This document shows positions 18,998 through 27,454 of a stretch of 59,915 nt of DNA, in pieces. The stretch is taken from NCBI GenBank assembly GCA_036677365.1, contig JAVBWN010000009.1, positions 1 through 59,915 on the forward strand, written 5' to 3'. How positions within the stretch are numbered: position 1 is the first letter of the stretch; every line of letters starts with the position of its first letter. The position numbers and the translations under genes are program-made. The stretch comes from Acholeplasma sp. (GTDB taxonomy: Bacteria > Bacillota_I > Bacilli_A > Acholeplasmatales > UBA5453). Under the pieces are notes generated by a model, which did no database searches, had not been told where the DNA came from, and saw nothing but the letters and a program-made list of their open reading frames with translations.

Positions 18998-20195
18998 ATC
19001 CAATACCATAAAAAGAAACGCTTTCTTATTTTTGATGTTGTTAGGCGTCATCAGTTTATTATCGGATTTCACACATGAAGGTGGAAGAAGCATCTATGGG
19101 TCATATCTGGGTTTGATTGGGGCTTCCGCTTTGGTCATTTCATTTACTTCTGGTTTGGGTGAATTCATTGGTCAAGCGTTCCGTTTGGTCACAGGACCGA
19201 TTGCGGATAAGACTAAGAAGTATTGGTTGATGATGTTTGTGGGTTATGCATTAAACTTACTGGTCATCCCGTTACTGATGTTTGTTGAAGTGTCGTTTTG
19301 GCAAGTCGCGATTATCCTGATTTTATTAGAACGTGTGGGTAAAGGCATCCGTGCCCCTGCGAAAAGTGCCCTCACTTCATTTACTGCACCCCATTTAGGG
19401 GCAGGGAAATCATTCGCGATTCAAGAAGCGATGGATCAGTTTGGTGCGTTTTTAGGTCCTTTATTCGTGTTCGCTGTATTAAAGCTCAATACAGGGTCAG
19501 AACTCGATGGCTATCAATTGGCTTTTGGATTGTTGGGGATATTCGCTATCTTAACATTGGTGGTATTGGTCATCGCGAAGTTCAAATACCCACACCCCGA
19601 TACATTTGAAAAAACAACCGCCAAACAATCCATTCAAAACAACCCAGCATTCATCTATTATATGGTTGCTGTCGGATTGATTGCTTTTGGATTCATCGAT
19701 TACCCCGTACTCGCATTTCATATGAGCCAGGTGTCTTTAATAGAAGTAACCTACATCCCGCTCTTGTATGCACTCGCGATGGGTGTAGATGCGATTGCAG
19801 CTCTTTTTTTCGGGTATTATTACGATAAAAAAGGCATCATCGCTTTGATTTGGGCCATTGGCATCGGTTTGTTTATGACCCCAGTATTCTTTTTAACCCA
19901 CCACGTGGTCGGTATCATTTTAGGGGTTATTCTGTGGGGGATTGGTATGGGTGCACAAGAATCTATCCTCAAAGCTGTGATTTCATCCATGGTCTCAAAA
20001 GAAAAACGCGCGACAGCGTATGGAATATTTTATACCGTCTTTGGTGCAGCATGGTTTCTAGGGTCACTTTTGATTGGGTTATTTTACGAATGGCATGTGG
20101 TTTATGTGGTGTTGTTTTCAACACTGATCGAATTTATAGCCGTAATGTTATTGATGATATATCGAAAGAAACATTTTGAAATGGAGGCGAAATAA
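18990..20195 (+). CDS. MFS transporter
   Basis: SLLSDFTHEG, ERVGKGIRAP, DQFGAFLGP; 12 TM segments. Confidence 0.88.
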   Translation: MNKSNTIKRNAFLFLMLLGVISLLSDFTHEGGRSIYGSYLGLIGASALVISFTSGLGEFIGQAFRLVTGPIADKTKKYWLMMFVGYALNLLVIPLLMFVEVSFWQVAIILILLERVGKGIRAPAKSALTSFTAPHLGAGKSFAIQEAMDQFGAFLGPLFVFAVLKLNTGSELDGYQLAFGLLGIFAILTLVVLVIAKFKYPHPDTFEKTTAKQSIQNNPAFIYYMVAVGLIAFGFIDYPVLAFHMSQVSLIEVTYIPLLYALAMGVDAIAALFFGYYYDKKGIIALIWAIGIGLFMTPVFFLTHHVVGIILGVILWGIGMGAQESILKAVISSMVSKEKRATAYGIFYTVFGAAWFLGSLLIGLFYEWHVVYVVLFSTLIEFIAVMLLMIYRKKHFEMEAK

Positions 20196-21374
20196 ATGGT
20201 AGACAATAAAGTTAAATGGGGAACATTCCTGTGGGATGTGTTCATGTGTTCGATAGGTTCATATGGTGGACCCGAAGCACACTATGGGGTATTTTCATCG
20301 GTTTTAGTTGAAAAGAAGAAATATTTGACCGAAGAAGAACTGACAGAAATGATTGGTTTATATGCTTTGGTCCCAGGACCGAGCAGTTCACAGACCATCA
20401 CTGCCATTGGATATCATGTGGGTGGACCTGTTTTAGCATTCTTAACATTCTTGGTATGGGCACTACCAGCCATCGTTATGATGGGTTTGATTGGCGTATT
20501 TTTCAGTCAACTAGACAATCATGAAGGGTGGAAACCCATCATTACCTTTTTACCAGCTGTCGCTGTAGGATTCATCATCTATGCTGCATTCACGTTATCG
20601 AAAAAAGTATTGAAAAAACGTAACGACTGGATTTTGTATGTCGTGATGCTGGCTGTGGGTTTATGGTTGGTGGGCTTATCGATGTGGGTAGTACCGATCA
20701 TGTTGGTGATAGGCGGACTCATCTATGTTTTCCCACACAGGAAAGAAAAAAGCATCCTTGAGGTTAAATTAAAACCAAGGTGGTATGTGTTGCTGATTGT
20801 CGTTGGTTTAGCATTATTCAATGAAGGTTTGAGGGTATGGATCACAGCCCCTTGGGTAACTTTGTATACATCCTTCTATCGTTATGGGTATTCTGTCATT
20901 GGTGGGGGACAAATTGTGATCCCATTGATGATTCAAGATTTGGTTCAAAATCAAACCCTGATCAGTTTACATGACTTCTTATCAGGGTATGCAATAGACC
21001 AAGCCATCCCTGGCCCACTCTTTAGTTTCGCAGCCTTTGTCAGTTCACGCTCATTTGCTGGCAGTGGTTTCTCATTCTTGGCTGGGATGATCGGTGGTTT
21101 CAGCATATTCTTACCAGGTATATTATTGGTATATTTTATCTACCCTTTATACCGTAATTCTAGAAAAATGATTCGTATGAAACATTTCTTAAAAGGTGTC
21201 ACAGTTACTGCAGCCAGCTTAATATTAATGACAGCCATCACACAGTCCATAAAACTCCCTATGGACTTCGCGGTATATGGGGTGGTCATCGTTTCAACTT
21301 TACTGTTGTTATGGAAGAAGATACCAGCACCACTCATTGTTGTTTTAGCGGCACTACTGGGGTTCATTTTGTAA
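20196..21374 (+). CDS. chrA: Chromate efflux transporter (long-chain CHR)
   Basis: Tandem GGP...PGP and GGG...PGP motifs. Confidence 0.88.
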   Translation: MVDNKVKWGTFLWDVFMCSIGSYGGPEAHYGVFSSVLVEKKKYLTEEELTEMIGLYALVPGPSSSQTITAIGYHVGGPVLAFLTFLVWALPAIVMMGLIGVFFSQLDNHEGWKPIITFLPAVAVGFIIYAAFTLSKKVLKKRNDWILYVVMLAVGLWLVGLSMWVVPIMLVIGGLIYVFPHRKEKSILEVKLKPRWYVLLIVVGLALFNEGLRVWITAPWVTLYTSFYRYGYSVIGGGQIVIPLMIQDLVQNQTLISLHDFLSGYAIDQAIPGPLFSFAAFVSSRSFAGSGFSFLAGMIGGFSIFLPGILLVYFIYPLYRNSRKMIRMKHFLKGVTVTAASLILMTAITQSIKLPMDFAVYGVVIVSTLLLLWKKIPAPLIVVLAALLGFIL

Positions 21375-21400
21375 GAAAGAATAAATTGATGATTGATAAT

Positions 21401-21424
21401 AACGGCTTAAATTGAGCCGTTTTT
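21401..21424 (+). terminator. AACGGCT-type hairpin/terminator at the left edge of the island
   Basis: AACGGCTTA-aat-TGAGCCGTTTTT. Confidence 0.7.
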
Positions 21425-21695
21425 ATCTTTATAAATCCTTCGAAATGAAGTTATGAATCAAATCAGAGTATATTATACAATTTCTTTGATTACAGATAGA
21501 TACCTATTTGTCAATTAGATGTGGTAATAATGATTTATTTATGCTAACATTAAAATATAAAGGACTCCTACGCTTAAACAAGAAAAGGTTTCTATTGGTT
21601 TTAAGGTAAAAATCTATGAATGTAAGCTTAAATCATATGATTCGACATAAATGATAATCCAAATCAAACCTAATTTCTAGATGGAGGATAGATTG

Positions 21696-22178
21696 ATGAG
21701 AAAAACGGTTTACATGATTGATGTTTCAAAAAAATACAACAAGAATTGGTATGAGTTTAAAGGAATTAGTGTTTCTGATATGTATTATATATTCAATAAA
21801 AAGTATAAAAACATATCTATATATTATGATATTCCAGATAATGATGATGGCGACTGCACTGTTAAATTTTCAGCTTTAAAGAAAAAGAAAATTAAATCTA
21901 GTTTTAAGTTTTCAAAAATTAAAAATACGAATACTGATGTCATGATCATTACTGATGGTGAAGCAAATCTATTTAACTACTCGCATCTAGAAGTATTTTG
22001 TTTAGCTAAACAACATCAGGAAATCATGACAGGAATAGCACTTTATATCAGTGTACACGATTTTGATTGGAATGCGTTTTGTTATTTCGCAACAGATGAC
22101 ATATTACAAGAGGTTATGGCATATATTAAAGAAAAAGCTCAACTTGTTATAACGGATGATTACTCGTATTTTAGTTAG
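21696..22178 (+). CDS. Hypothetical protein (island)
   Basis: GGAGG RBS before MRKTVY; 160 aa. Confidence 0.65.
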   Translation: MRKTVYMIDVSKKYNKNWYEFKGISVSDMYYIFNKKYKNISIYYDIPDNDDGDCTVKFSALKKKKIKSSFKFSKIKNTNTDVMIITDGEANLFNYSHLEVFCLAKQHQEIMTGIALYISVHDFDWNAFCYFATDDILQEVMAYIKEKAQLVITDDYSYFS

Positions 22179-22237
22179 TTAGCTGATTATTGGATAAAAC
22201 AATGGTTGACGGAGATTTTTTTTATCATGGTTTAACT

Positions 22238-22298
22238 TTTCTTACGATGAGTAATATACATGATAAGGCGTTTGATAATCGATTGAACTATTAAGATT
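22238..22298 (+). repeat. 61-bp direct repeat, copy 1
   Basis: 53/61 identical to 23535-23595 by manual alignment. Confidence 0.85.
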
Positions 22299-22485
22299 CG
22301 AATACGCAAAAAACGAAAGAGAAGCATTTAAAAAGGAATATGTATGGATGGTTGAGTATGGATACCATTCAAAAAAGAGTGATGTAGAGAATAGGACTCA
22401 CAATAAAATATGGTCACCAGGAAGAAATTATTATTTGATAGATAACAAAGGTAATTATTATCCAGGTGATTATTATGGAAGGTAA
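22297..22485 (+). pseudogene. Headless C-terminal stub of a probable nuclease toxin (GIY-YIG-like tail)
   Basis: FEYAKNEREAFKKEYVWM...THNKIWSPGRNYY...GR*; the TAA abuts the ATG of the LRR gene; no convincing start codon/RBS. Confidence 0.45.
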
Positions 22486-23457
22486 ATGGAGAACATGAGA
22501 AATTTTACAGAAAAAGACGGATTTAAATTTACATCTATCCATGGCTATAGCGGTGCATTGCTTAATCATGAAGCAATACTGATTAATAATAACGATATAA
22601 AAAGGCATGTTGAATATATCAATCAAAAAAAGCTAGAAAAAGTAGTCATTTACTTATTTGGCAGCGGAATAGAAGATTTAAATTTTTTAAAAGAAATACC
22701 CCACATCAAGTATCTTAAGATTTATAGTGATGGTAATAGGGATTTTTCGCCACTATATTATTTAACTGAACTGATTGGTTTAGCTCTGAGTAATGCGAGT
22801 GAACTATCATTAGAACCATTTAAAAAGTTAGAATTTTTTTCATCTGATAGAATTCATCTTATCAAAGACATCGATAAAGCAATCTCATTAAAAACATTGT
22901 CAATGGCAGATGTTTTGCATGAAATGAAAATAGAAGATTTAAGTATTTTATCTAATTTAACCAATCTCGATACTGTCTCAATCGGAGGATTAAAAATAAA
23001 AACACTCAAGGGTATTGAAAACTTAAAACGATTAAGAGTATTGTATCTTGCTGGTTTACCCTATTTAGATTCATTAACACCATTAACAGAACATCGAGAC
23101 ACTCTGACAAGTTTAGCAATTTATAGGTGTAGAAAGATATCTGATTTCACACCCATAGAATCATTATCTAGATTACAATTTTTAAAATTTGAGGACATGA
23201 GTAAAATAGATCATATCCACTTTATAAATGGCTTAAATAACTTAAAAACATTTATTTGTGACTCATGTAATATCATGGATGGAAACTTGAGTTCCCTCCT
23301 AAATCTAGAGTATGTAGGTATATATCCTAATCGAAAGCATTATTATGTGATTAAGTCAGGGAAAGAAGTAAGAGTGACATTATTTAATACATTTAAACGC
23401 AATATTCGCGTTACAGGTTATGAAGATATAGAGTTATGGAGACAATTTTCGCTTTAA
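22486..23457 (+). CDS. Leucine-rich repeat protein (candidate immunity protein)
   Basis: Repeated LxxLxxLxxLxL (LSILSNLTNLDTVSI, IENLKRLRVLYL, IESLSRLQFLKF); no signal peptide. Confidence 0.85.
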   Translation: MENMRNFTEKDGFKFTSIHGYSGALLNHEAILINNNDIKRHVEYINQKKLEKVVIYLFGSGIEDLNFLKEIPHIKYLKIYSDGNRDFSPLYYLTELIGLALSNASELSLEPFKKLEFFSSDRIHLIKDIDKAISLKTLSMADVLHEMKIEDLSILSNLTNLDTVSIGGLKIKTLKGIENLKRLRVLYLAGLPYLDSLTPLTEHRDTLTSLAIYRCRKISDFTPIESLSRLQFLKFEDMSKIDHIHFINGLNNLKTFICDSCNIMDGNLSSLLNLEYVGIYPNRKHYYVIKSGKEVRVTLFNTFKRNIRVTGYEDIELWRQFSL

Positions 23458-23534
23458 TGTATTGAGATATTTCATTAGTTGAGTTTTAATCTTAGTGGAC
23501 CTCTGTCAAGAAAGTGGACACACTAAGTATGACA

Positions 23535-23595
23535 TTTCTTACTTTAAGTAATTCACTTGATAAAGCGTTTGATAATCGAATGAACTATTAAGATT
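23535..23595 (+). repeat. 61-bp direct repeat, copy 2
   Basis: 53/61 identical to 22238-22298. Confidence 0.85.
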
Positions 23596-23738
23596 TGTAT
23601 GATTTATCTGGTGTTCCATTTTAAAATCAGAATGGTGCTAGAGCAACTTACTTAAAAGTAGGAACTCTTTGGAGTATCGTGGATTATGAATATTATTTAT
23701 GGCATGACAAAAAAGAGTTTTTATTAGGGGGTTAGATT

Positions 23739-24200
23739 ATGAGTTTTGATTATAATGAATATTATCATGCATTAGTTTTAAGTCCTGCAATCTTTTTAGC
23801 ATTTGGATTAGTTATTACCGTTTTAGGTGTAATTTTCCAAATCAAACCTCAACTAATGCCTCGAAAGATTAAAGAACAGTTCAAATTTGCAGGCTTATTA
23901 ATATCACTACTGGCACTTCTAATTTCTCTTTTTGTGGTTACAACTACAAGTCATTTTTCTTTGATACATGATAAAGAGGAACAAGTTATAGAAACGAATG
24001 GTACTATAACTAAGATGTACTTTGATCGGTATCATATGAAAATGTATTATGAAAATGAGTATGTGAACCCAATGTATATCGTTATCAATGATAAAACTTA
24101 TTACATAATGACTATTGGCGATTTTGAGGTTGGTGATGAAGTAACGATTGATTATTTACCCAAATCCATGATCATAATGAACATTGAAACCAAAGAATAA
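23739..24200 (+). CDS. 2-TM protein with C-terminal beta (OB-like) domain; paralog of 26351-26914
   Basis: YNEY N-terminus; INDKTYYIMTIGDFEVGDEVTIDYLPKS. Confidence 0.75.
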   Translation: MSFDYNEYYHALVLSPAIFLAFGLVITVLGVIFQIKPQLMPRKIKEQFKFAGLLISLLALLISLFVVTTTSHFSLIHDKEEQVIETNGTITKMYFDRYHMKMYYENEYVNPMYIVINDKTYYIMTIGDFEVGDEVTIDYLPKSMIIMNIETKE

Positions 24201-24209
24201 ACATCCTGA

Positions 24210-24837
24210 TTTGGATATTTAAATAGCATAAGATTACAACGGTTAAGATTTATTAGTGCAGATGGCATACTTGGTGAAACAGGAAATCTATTAAACCAAA
24301 ATATGTATGCATATGCTGGTAATAATCCGGTTATGAATGTTGATCCTAATGGAGATTCATTTTTATCAATATTAATCGAGATAACCGCAACAATGCTCAC
24401 AGTAGGACTAATGTCTGATGCACCAGCAGATGAACACTCGGAAGATAATGTAACTGTATCAGGTGGAGCATCACCAATTCCATCAGTATTTGGTATTGAA
24501 ATTTTTGGTTTATGTGTTAGCTAATTTTGGATTAGAAGGTACTTCATGCAATGCTGTAGGTGTTTGTCAAGGTTACCATCAAGTTGGTTTTCAAATTATA
24601 AAAATTGGAGCTAGTTACACAGAATATTATGACGGTAACAACTCATTATCGTTCTCAGTTGGAATATTATATCTATCAGTGAATAACAGAAATTACTTTG
24701 ATATTGATTCATGGGGGGGCGGAGTATCCTTCAGTTTTATGAATGGAACCCCTGGTGGAGGAATATCCGGATCAATTGACATAGACATTATCGGTTTACT
24801 TCGAGATTTACGAGATGCAGTGAAAAAAGGTGATTAG
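24210..24837 (+). pseudogene. Orphan Rhs C-terminal cassette (end of core plus variable CT), frameshifted
   Basis: YLNS...RFISADGILGETGNLLNQNMYAYAGNNPVMNVDPNG is the Rhs core terminus (PxxxxDPxG). The frame stops at 24524 and continues in the overlapping frame to 24837. Confidence 0.85.
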
Positions 24838-24839
24838 TC

Positions 24840-25286
24840 ATGATGAATGAAAAAGAAGTTGATGAATTAGATACTATTTTGCGTTATAAGAAAAGTATAA
24901 ATATAGACTCATATTTTACTTTTGTTTTGGCTATTATTTTAATAATATTATCGGCTATCCTTTCAAAAATTATTGGAGTACGAATTCAGTATTTCGAATT
25001 TCCAATAATAATATTGGCTTTATTTCAAAATATCGCACAAGATTTTATGTTTCATAGAAGTATCGGTAAGAGAATTTATAGACTTAAAATTGTTACAAAC
25101 ATAGACTCCAAAAAGAAACTTTTTAAAGCACTGGTCATGCGAAAATTTTATGAATCTACTTATATTCCATTAATTAACAAGGACTTTGCTGCTATAGTTA
25201 ACATGATAGAAGCGATGACTGAAACTAAAATCGTGGACGATATAAAAAACAAGACCAATAAAGTGAGAGGAAATGAAATACTATGA
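24840..25286 (+). CDS. RDD-like membrane protein, probable cognate immunity of the Rhs-CT
   Basis: Two TM segments then SIGKRIYRLKIV (RDD-like); starts 2 nt after the Rhs-CT stop. Confidence 0.6.
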   Translation: MMNEKEVDELDTILRYKKSINIDSYFTFVLAIILIILSAILSKIIGVRIQYFEFPIIILALFQNIAQDFMFHRSIGKRIYRLKIVTNIDSKKKLFKALVMRKFYESTYIPLINKDFAAIVNMIEAMTETKIVDDIKNKTNKVRGNEIL

Positions 25287-25804
25287 GATTATTTCGCGTT
25301 TTAGAAGAAGAATATATCACTGATGAACCTCTGGATGAATTTATTGAAAGACTATCTAATGCCACAGATAGACATATGAAAATCAGACTACTCATGAAAA
25401 ATATGGATCAATCAAAACTATTTTATGGTTATGTGGATCGGACTAGTTTTGATATCATTCGTTATATCACACATGGTAATTCATTCAATCCAGTAATCTC
25501 AGGATCATTATCAACAAGTTATGATAAAACAAAAATTAATCTCATCTATCACATAGACAAGGGTATTAAATCATTTATTTACGCACTATGGGTATTCATG
25601 TTTCTATTCTTCATAGCTTTATTAGCGATAGATCTATATAACATAATGAATAATGAATTTAGTCTATACAACCTTCTACTAGTATTTATGTTCATTATGA
25701 GCGTGTTCATTATCAAGTTTGGGTATTCTTTAGATTTTGAAGCTACTAGAACCACGATGAGAAGATTTATTAATCAAGAATTTAATCATGAGCAACATCA
25801 TTAA
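25283..25804 (+). CDS. Hypothetical membrane protein
   Basis: 173 aa, two C-terminal TM segments, ATGA overlap with the previous gene. Confidence 0.7.
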   Translation: MRLFRVLEEEYITDEPLDEFIERLSNATDRHMKIRLLMKNMDQSKLFYGYVDRTSFDIIRYITHGNSFNPVISGSLSTSYDKTKINLIYHIDKGIKSFIYALWVFMFLFFIALLAIDLYNIMNNEFSLYNLLLVFMFIMSVFIIKFGYSLDFEATRTTMRRFINQEFNHEQHH

Positions 25805-25852
25805 TCATACCCAGTCATTATGGTAGGGTTAAAACATATAAGAGGTGATATA

Positions 25853-26122
25853 GTGAATAAAACGATTGTAACTTTTGGCCTTAGATCGATAATAACATTC
25901 TTAATTGGAACAGTATTTTTATCATTCGCTTTATTCCAGTTAATGAATCGAAATGATCCAATACGTTTTGTTTTCATACCACTGTTCACTTATCTCTATA
26001 TTGTCGTCATTTTTATGTCATTTAGCCATGTACGATTTAAACAAGATTGTTTCATCATTCGTGGTGATTTTGGTATAAGGAAAGACCAAATTCAAAAAAG
26101 AGCTAAAATTTTAGTTATATAG
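25853..26122 (+). CDS. Small membrane protein, possibly truncated
   Basis: GAGGTG RBS, GTG start, two TM segments then a short beta region that ends abruptly. Confidence 0.5.
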   Translation: MNKTIVTFGLRSIITFLIGTVFLSFALFQLMNRNDPIRFVFIPLFTYLYIVVIFMSFSHVRFKQDCFIIRGDFGIRKDQIQKRAKILVI

Positions 26123-26350
26123 TCGTGCATTTATTGGCAGTCATCACGAGCATTATTGCTGTGTAAACTTCATATTTTTATTATATTAGCCATAAAAATT
26201 GGAATATTAATCTTAAAAATATTTACTTGAATCATTACGACTGGCACCATCGGTTGAACAATCACATTCGATAACTACTATATTGACTCAATACACATTA
26301 ACTATCATACATAATGAACTCAGTTAAATAACAAAAAAATGGAGGACCAA

Positions 26351-26914
26351 ATGGAATTTTTATACAATGAATATTTTACTAATTTATTTGTTATACCATT
26401 TGTAATGTGTGTCATTTCAATTTCACTCATGTTAGGCTTAATAATTCACAACGTACTTGCAAAAAGACCCTTAACAATTAAGTTTAAGATACACTTGATA
26501 ATTTCATTATTTGTCATTATTCTATTGCTAATAGTTTCAGTATCCTCGTTAAAACATGGTGTAAAATTGTTAAAAGATGATAAGAATAGTGTAATTATGA
26601 TCGAAGGGGAAATTGAAAAGATTGAAAAAGTTGTATTTTCACCACGCTACATGTATAACGATAGAGTGGTATTTGCAAAAATAATAACGATTAATGGTGA
26701 AAAATACTATTGTATGACAGTTGGAGATTTATCTATAGGCGATTATGTAGAAGTATCATATCTGGAAAATAGCCGATTAATCATAAAAATTGATCATTAT
26801 GATGTTATGACCCGCGCAGGAACTTATTGGATGGATGGTAAAATACAACCTATTGCTCGTGGAATAACAAGAGGATTCTGGAACGATTTTGAAGAGACAT
26901 ACTTAAATGGATGA
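26351..26914 (+). CDS. 2-TM plus OB-like protein; paralog of 23739-24200
   Basis: GGAGG RBS; YNEY; INGEKYYCMTVGDLSIGDYVEVSYLENS. Confidence 0.75.
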   Translation: MEFLYNEYFTNLFVIPFVMCVISISLMLGLIIHNVLAKRPLTIKFKIHLIISLFVIILLLIVSVSSLKHGVKLLKDDKNSVIMIEGEIEKIEKVVFSPRYMYNDRVVFAKIITINGEKYYCMTVGDLSIGDYVEVSYLENSRLIIKIDHYDVMTRAGTYWMDGKIQPIARGITRGFWNDFEETYLNG

Positions 26915-26946
26915 TGAGGTTTTTCGATTAATGAAAAGGAGAAAGC

Positions 26947-27411
26947 ATGAGTCCAATTGATAGAATCAAAAAAGAATATTACGCAACATTAGTCATAGAT
27001 TTATTCGTTTTAATTGTATCATTCATGGCAATGGTATGGTCACTTATCGACGATTTTGAAGTACCAAATTATGACATTGAAGCAATTATACGTGTTGTCT
27101 TCCTTCCGTTTACATGTTTCTTTTTAATAGTTGTGTTTACGCATTTTCTCGTAAAACTATTAAAAGACTTTAAACAAATACGTTCAAATAATTATAAGCA
27201 ACTGATTGGAAGAGTTGTAGGGTTTGCTAAAAACCAAACAGAAACAGGCAACCAAATTAATAATTTTCCAAAGATTTATATAAGAGAAACTAAAAAAACA
27301 ATAGAACTCCATGTTAGTGATCATGTTAATTTAAATCAAGAATATACTTTTTTGTATCTAGAACACACGAGAATCGGAGCTGTGAAGTGTGAAGAGGTTG
27401 ATGATAAGTAA
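26947..27411 (+). CDS. 2-TM protein with beta-rich C-domain (possible distant third member of the same architecture)
   Basis: AAGGAG RBS; KEYY, two TM segments, GRVVG...YTFLYLEHTRI. Confidence 0.7.
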   Translation: MSPIDRIKKEYYATLVIDLFVLIVSFMAMVWSLIDDFEVPNYDIEAIIRVVFLPFTCFFLIVVFTHFLVKLLKDFKQIRSNNYKQLIGRVVGFAKNQTETGNQINNFPKIYIRETKKTIELHVSDHVNLNQEYTFLYLEHTRIGAVKCEEVDDK

Positions 27412-27454
27412 TAATGAAATATGGAATTTGATAAATCCATAGAAAGAGGCCCAT

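Noticed and set aside
23488..23530. TGGACCTCTGTCAAGAAAGTGGACAC resembles an IS3-family terminal repeat, and AATCTTAGTGG could pair with the end of repeat copy 2
   Set aside because: No partner end or transposase in the window, and copy 1 lacks the equivalent; too short to support a call
22238..23595. The repeats read as a CRISPR array or integron attC sites
   Set aside because: Only two copies, 1.3 kb apart; no cas or intI gene; no clear RYYYAAC/GTTRRRY ends or long hairpin
26160..26315. Frame with two in-frame TGA codons suggesting DNA from a code-4 (TGA=Trp) donor
   Set aside because: The translation is unrecognisable, and neighbouring island genes use TGG for Trp and TGA as stop
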